64,000 nt of DNA, taken from positions 1-64,000 of the IMG/VR virus record IMGVR_UViG_3300033997_000035; one strand, given 5' to 3'. The stretch is from a virus. Below, piece by piece: positions 60,908-64,000 of this stretch (its first letter is position 1; the number at the start of each line of letters is the position of its first letter). A model generated the notes under the pieces. It did no database searches. It saw only the letters and a program-made list of their open reading frames with translations, and had not been told where the DNA came from. The translations under genes and the position numbers were made by a program.

Positions 60908-61546
60908 ATGCAAAATGAAATCACAGTCTTCGGTCTTTTGGATTCTGAGACACAAACGACTACCACATTACTAATGGCTGAAAAGTTCGGCAAGCGTCAT
61001 GCTGATATTTTACGCTCTATTAATAAGCAGGTATTACCTAATATTAGCTCTGATTTTGCTCAGCGCAATTTTGCGTTTACCAAGAAATTCAACGATTTGG
61101 CAAACCGAGATACTGAATACTATAATTTAACAAAGGACGGTTTTTCTATGGTCGCAATGTCGATGACAGGTAAAGAGGCTTATGCTTGGAAGGAAGCTTT
61201 CATTAAGGAGTTCAACCGTCTCGAAGAAGAAAACCGAGTCTTGCAGGGTATCGTTTGGCAGGTCATTAATGGTAAGAACTACCTACCGCAAGAACTCGGT
61301 GCACAGTCTGCTGGTATCGAACGTCCACGCCTATTCATGAAATATTTGAAAGGTCGGGAGCATGTGCTCAAAGCTTTCATGGATAAAAATTACCTTGAAC
61401 ATAAACGTGTTGGCAAGACGCAACAGGATATGGCTTGGAGATGGACTCAGAAAGGCTTTCAATATCTACTACGTAATAGGGATACTTTGAATCAACGTGT
61501 GGTGGAGTTACACCAGCAGGAAAGGTCTGGAGTGATTTCTTTCTAA
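60908..61546 (+). CDS. Rha-family phage regulatory protein / antirepressor-like
   Basis: TTLLMAEKFGKRHADILRSI matches the Rha domain signature. ATG 7 nt after AAGGAG. Confidence 0.7.
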   Translation: MQNEITVFGLLDSETQTTTTLLMAEKFGKRHADILRSINKQVLPNISSDFAQRNFAFTKKFNDLANRDTEYYNLTKDGFSMVAMSMTGKEAYAWKEAFIKEFNRLEEENRVLQGIVWQVINGKNYLPQELGAQSAGIERPRLFMKYLKGREHVLKAFMDKNYLEHKRVGKTQQDMAWRWTQKGFQYLLRNRDTLNQRVVELHQQERSGVISF

Positions 61547-61550
61547 CAAC

Positions 61551-61590
61551 AACCCTCTGGCTCATGTCACGAGGGTTTTATTTTATTTTA
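61551..61590 (+). terminator. intrinsic terminator
   Basis: AACCCTC-N13-GAGGGTT followed by TTATTTTATTTT. Confidence 0.6.
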
Positions 61591-61599
61591 AAATAATAG

Positions 61600-61628
61600 T
61601 TGACACAGTTACCCTTGTGTTCTATGAT
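61600..61628 (+). promoter_or_regulatory. promoter TTGACA-N17-TATGAT
   Basis: -35 at 61600-61605, -10 at 61623-61628. Confidence 0.6.
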
Positions 61629-61804
61629 TAGCTTACTTAATTGATGAAGGAGATAGTTACTATTATTGATTAGAATCCCTCTAAATCTCACCACAATTAA
61701 AGTTCTCACCAAGGTGATACCATCGTAGCCTGTAGTGAAAATAATTAAATGTGGTGCGTTACAGGAGGTTTGGTGATAGTGGTAAATTTGTAGAAATAAA
61801 ATGC

Positions 61805-61833
61805 TTGACACCCTGTGTGTCGTGATATATGAT
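61805..61833 (+). promoter_or_regulatory. promoter TTGACA-N17-TATGAT
   Basis: -35 at 61805-61810, -10 at 61828-61833. Confidence 0.6.
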
Positions 61834-61975
61834 GCACATACTTAATTAACTAGGAGACCAACAATGACTAACACTAAACTACTAAAACTAGAACCTATGG
61901 TTCAAATGATGATCCGACAACGTGTAGATGCTGCTAAGAAATAAATCAACATCTGCAACACTTTATACCAAAGTA

Positions 61976-62004
61976 TTGACACAACTTGATATACGTGGTA
62001 ATAT
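61976..62004 (+). promoter_or_regulatory. promoter TTGACA-N17-TAATAT
   Basis: -35 at 61976-61981, -10 at 61999-62004; drives the tnpA remnant and tnpB. Confidence 0.6.
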
Positions 62005-62032
62005 GTAGTATAACATAGACAAAGGAGGATAT

Positions 62033-62230
62033 ATGTATTCACCAAAGCAATTCGCAGAGAAGATAGGAAAGAGTGTAAAAACCCTTCAACGTTGGGATAA
62101 TGAAGGTATTTTTAAGGCACATCGCACACCGACAAATCGAAGGTATTATACAGAAGAAGACTTGCAGATATATTTAAGCGGGGAGTTTAACAGTGTTATT
62201 AGCACACAAAATAGAGATAAGACCAACTAA
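62033..62230 (+). pseudogene. tnpA: IS607-type TnpA remnant (MerR-like HTH only; serine-recombinase catalytic domain missing)
   Basis: MYSPKQFAEKIGKSVKTLQRWDNEGIFKAHRTPTNRRYYTEEDL is the N-terminal HTH typical of IS607 TnpA. The ORF ends after 65 aa, overlapping the tnpB start. Confidence 0.6.
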
Positions 62231-63287
62231 GGAACAAGAACAATTCTTTGAACAAGCATGTGGGAGTTCTCGCCACCTGTGGAATAACTTAGTTGGACAT
62301 TTTTCCAATAAAGAAAACAAATTTTCTAAGAAGGCTGCAAGAAATTTATATTACAAGAGTCGTGAAGATTTTGAATGGTATAATGGCATCAGTGCTGAAA
62401 TTTTCCAGTCTACTATAGATAATTTAGAATCAGCTTTTAAGGGCTTCTTTAAATCGGGAAAGGGATTTCCTAAGTTTAAAAAGAAAGGGATTAAAGACTC
62501 CTTCCGTATTACACAATCCCTTAAATTTTCTATTATTGGAAGGGAACTTCGTCTTGAGAAGTTTAACAAGACTAAGAACACGAGACCTATCCTATTAAGA
62601 GAAAAGTTGAGATTTACAGGAAAAACTAAACAAGTAACTGTCAGTAAAACAGGCGGGAAGTGGTTTGCTTCGGTATTAGTGGAAGTTGAATCTGGATATA
62701 AACTTAAGCAACCTACATGTAAAAGTGTTGGTGTGGACTTAGGTATTAAAACACTGGTAACTACCTCTGAGGGAGAATCTATAGGTAAATCCAACAAATT
62801 ATCTATACAATTAGGTAAACTAGCTAAATTACAACAAAGACTTGCCAAACAAAAGAAAGGTAGTAATCGTAGAGCGAAAACCAAGCGTAAGATCAGTAAA
62901 CTACATTTCTATGTTGGGCAACAAAGAAAAGCATTGCTACACTGTGTAAGTGATAAACTTACTTCAGCATACAATGTAATATGTATGGAAGACTTAGATG
63001 TCAAAGGTATGATTGAGAAAGGGACTACTTCACTATCTCGGATGGTTTCTGATGTAGGTATGTATGAACTAAAACGACAGTGTATCTACAAGTCTTTCTT
63101 GCGTGGAGGAAGAGTATTATTTGTTGACCAATACTTCCCTTCAAGTAAAATGTGTTCATGTTGCGGTAATATCAAACAAGATTTAAAACTTTCAGATAGA
63201 GTATATACTTGCGATTGTGGTTTATCCATGAACAGGGATTTGAACGCTGCAAGAAATATCTTGATAGAAGGCTTGAAACAATTATAG
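62193..63287 (+). CDS. tnpB: TnpB (second copy, paralogue of 40487..41587)
   Basis: HKIEIRPTKEQEQ. RuvC residues VGVDLGIKT, ICMEDLD and MNRDLNAARNI. Zinc finger CSCCG...CDCG. GTG start. Confidence 0.9.
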   Translation: MLLAHKIEIRPTKEQEQFFEQACGSSRHLWNNLVGHFSNKENKFSKKAARNLYYKSREDFEWYNGISAEIFQSTIDNLESAFKGFFKSGKGFPKFKKKGIKDSFRITQSLKFSIIGRELRLEKFNKTKNTRPILLREKLRFTGKTKQVTVSKTGGKWFASVLVEVESGYKLKQPTCKSVGVDLGIKTLVTTSEGESIGKSNKLSIQLGKLAKLQQRLAKQKKGSNRRAKTKRKISKLHFYVGQQRKALLHCVSDKLTSAYNVICMEDLDVKGMIEKGTTSLSRMVSDVGMYELKRQCIYKSFLRGGRVLFVDQYFPSSKMCSCCGNIKQDLKLSDRVYTCDCGLSMNRDLNAARNILIEGLKQL

Positions 63288-63552
63288 TTGTTTCACAGTG
63301 GCGACAGATAACAGCGTCACTATAAAATGCACACTTAGGTGTGAATATGTTGCACTTGTTGCACATTTAGTTATCTGAGGAAGCTATGGTGAATGAATAT
63401 TTGGTGGCTAATGGGATGATGGAAGCTCCAAGTGTGCAACCGAAGGTTGAGAGTTATACGGTTGATGGGAAGTATGATGATGGGATTTGGAGTGGGAAGT
63501 AGTCTTTACTATAAGATATAATAGTGCTATAATATTCTTAAGGAGGTATAAT

Positions 63553-63777
63553 ATGTTAAAGCAAGAATTAATTTTAGCCTACAAAACTATGATGCAGGAG
63601 AATGGGTGGACATACAAAGAGGTTTGCGATTGGTCCCTCCTCACCCAGACACAACTGAACAATATCCTCAATCATAATGCTCGTAAGGTATCTATTGAGA
63701 AGATGGAGGAAGGTATGAGGAATTTAGGGTTTGTAGTAACCGATGTGTTGTGGGGTGATATTGATGATAAAGCTTAA
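63553..63777 (+). CDS. hypothetical protein (HTH-like)
   Basis: ATG after AAGGAGG; 74 aa. Confidence 0.5.
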   Translation: MLKQELILAYKTMMQENGWTYKEVCDWSLLTQTQLNNILNHNARKVSIEKMEEGMRNLGFVVTDVLWGDIDDKA

Positions 63778-63937
63778 TCACCTACCTGAAAGCGTGATGG
63801 ATTTAGTGATGCAAACTGCAAGGGAGTTTGATATGAAACCTGACCAAGTCATAATTTCCATACTGTCTAATACAACAAAAGAAGAAGCTAAGAGGGCTAT
63901 CGATGAACACAAAAACAGAGCACCAAAAATCCTTTGA
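63764..63937 (+). CDS. hypothetical protein
   Basis: Overlapping start; 57 aa. Confidence 0.4.
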   Translation: MIKLNHLPESVMDLVMQTAREFDMKPDQVIISILSNTTKEEAKRAIDEHKNRAPKIL

Positions 63938-64000
63938 AATTCATACATTTCCAGCTAAAAACTTTCTACAGTGGTATAAATTGGAAACCTGTGAATTATT

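Noticed and set aside
61578-61811. Minus-strand track ORF (77 aa) between the Rha gene and the IS607 remnant.
   Set aside because: It has no RBS and low complexity, and it runs antisense through two consensus rightward promoters.
62351-62884. 177-aa minus-strand ORF inside tnpB. Many similar antisense or overlapping track ORFs fall in the same class, for example 424..633, 889..1302, 33731..34084, 35462..35764, 43765..44052, 49016..49411, 52939..53166, 53392..53676 and 55804..56004.
   Set aside because: These are shadow ORFs on the opposite strand, or in alternative frames, of strongly supported genes. They lack an RBS and have biased Ser/Leu/Pro-rich composition.
1-64000. Assigning the phage to a named species or host, for example an ICP1-like vibriophage, from gene content.
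   Set aside because: It cannot be verified without a database search. The similarities I recall (T5orf172 nucleases, myovirus tail, GC content) are not specific enough.

Overview
This window is a 64-kb segment of a large virulent-type myovirus genome of about 38-40% GC. It uses host sigma70-like promoters (TTGACA-N16-18-TATAAT), which suggests a proteobacterial host. I found no rRNA, tRNA or CRISPR array.

Layout:
- 1-10.9 kb (+): DNA ligase, many small hypothetical, membrane or secreted proteins, a small serine recombinase, and a DNA methyltransferase broken by an in-frame amber codon.
- 10.9-12.8 kb: an ORF-free tract packed with short hairpins and palindromes, ending in iteron-like repeats next to an RHH gene and a wHTH initiator-like gene.
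- 13.5-29.1 kb (-): early-type operons of small genes. They include a T4 DenV-like glycosylase, an HNH-AP2 homing endonuclease and a 442-aa protein with family-A polymerase motifs. They are interrupted by two plus-strand promoter/terminator-defined candidate sRNAs.
- 29.2-43.2 kb (+): replication and nucleic-acid metabolism genes. These are a Thg1-like 3'-5' nucleotidyltransferase, a T7 gp4-like primase-helicase, a family-B DNA polymerase, a T5orf172-type endonuclease, a TnpB element and an SSB-like protein.
- 43.5-60.8 kb (-): tail spike, lysis/spanin genes, tail fibre, baseplate, tape measure, frameshifted chaperones, tube, sheath and tail completion genes.
- 60.8-64 kb (+): Rha-like regulator, three tandem promoters, and an IS607-type remnant (truncated TnpA plus intact TnpB).

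The most striking result is that the tape measure gene is not two genes. It is interrupted by five tandem, homologous group I introns, one of which carries an HNH endonuclease. The introns are separated by micro-exons of only 20, 25, 21 and 20 nt. Splice sites predicted from P1/P10 pairing restore one continuous 633-aa reading frame.
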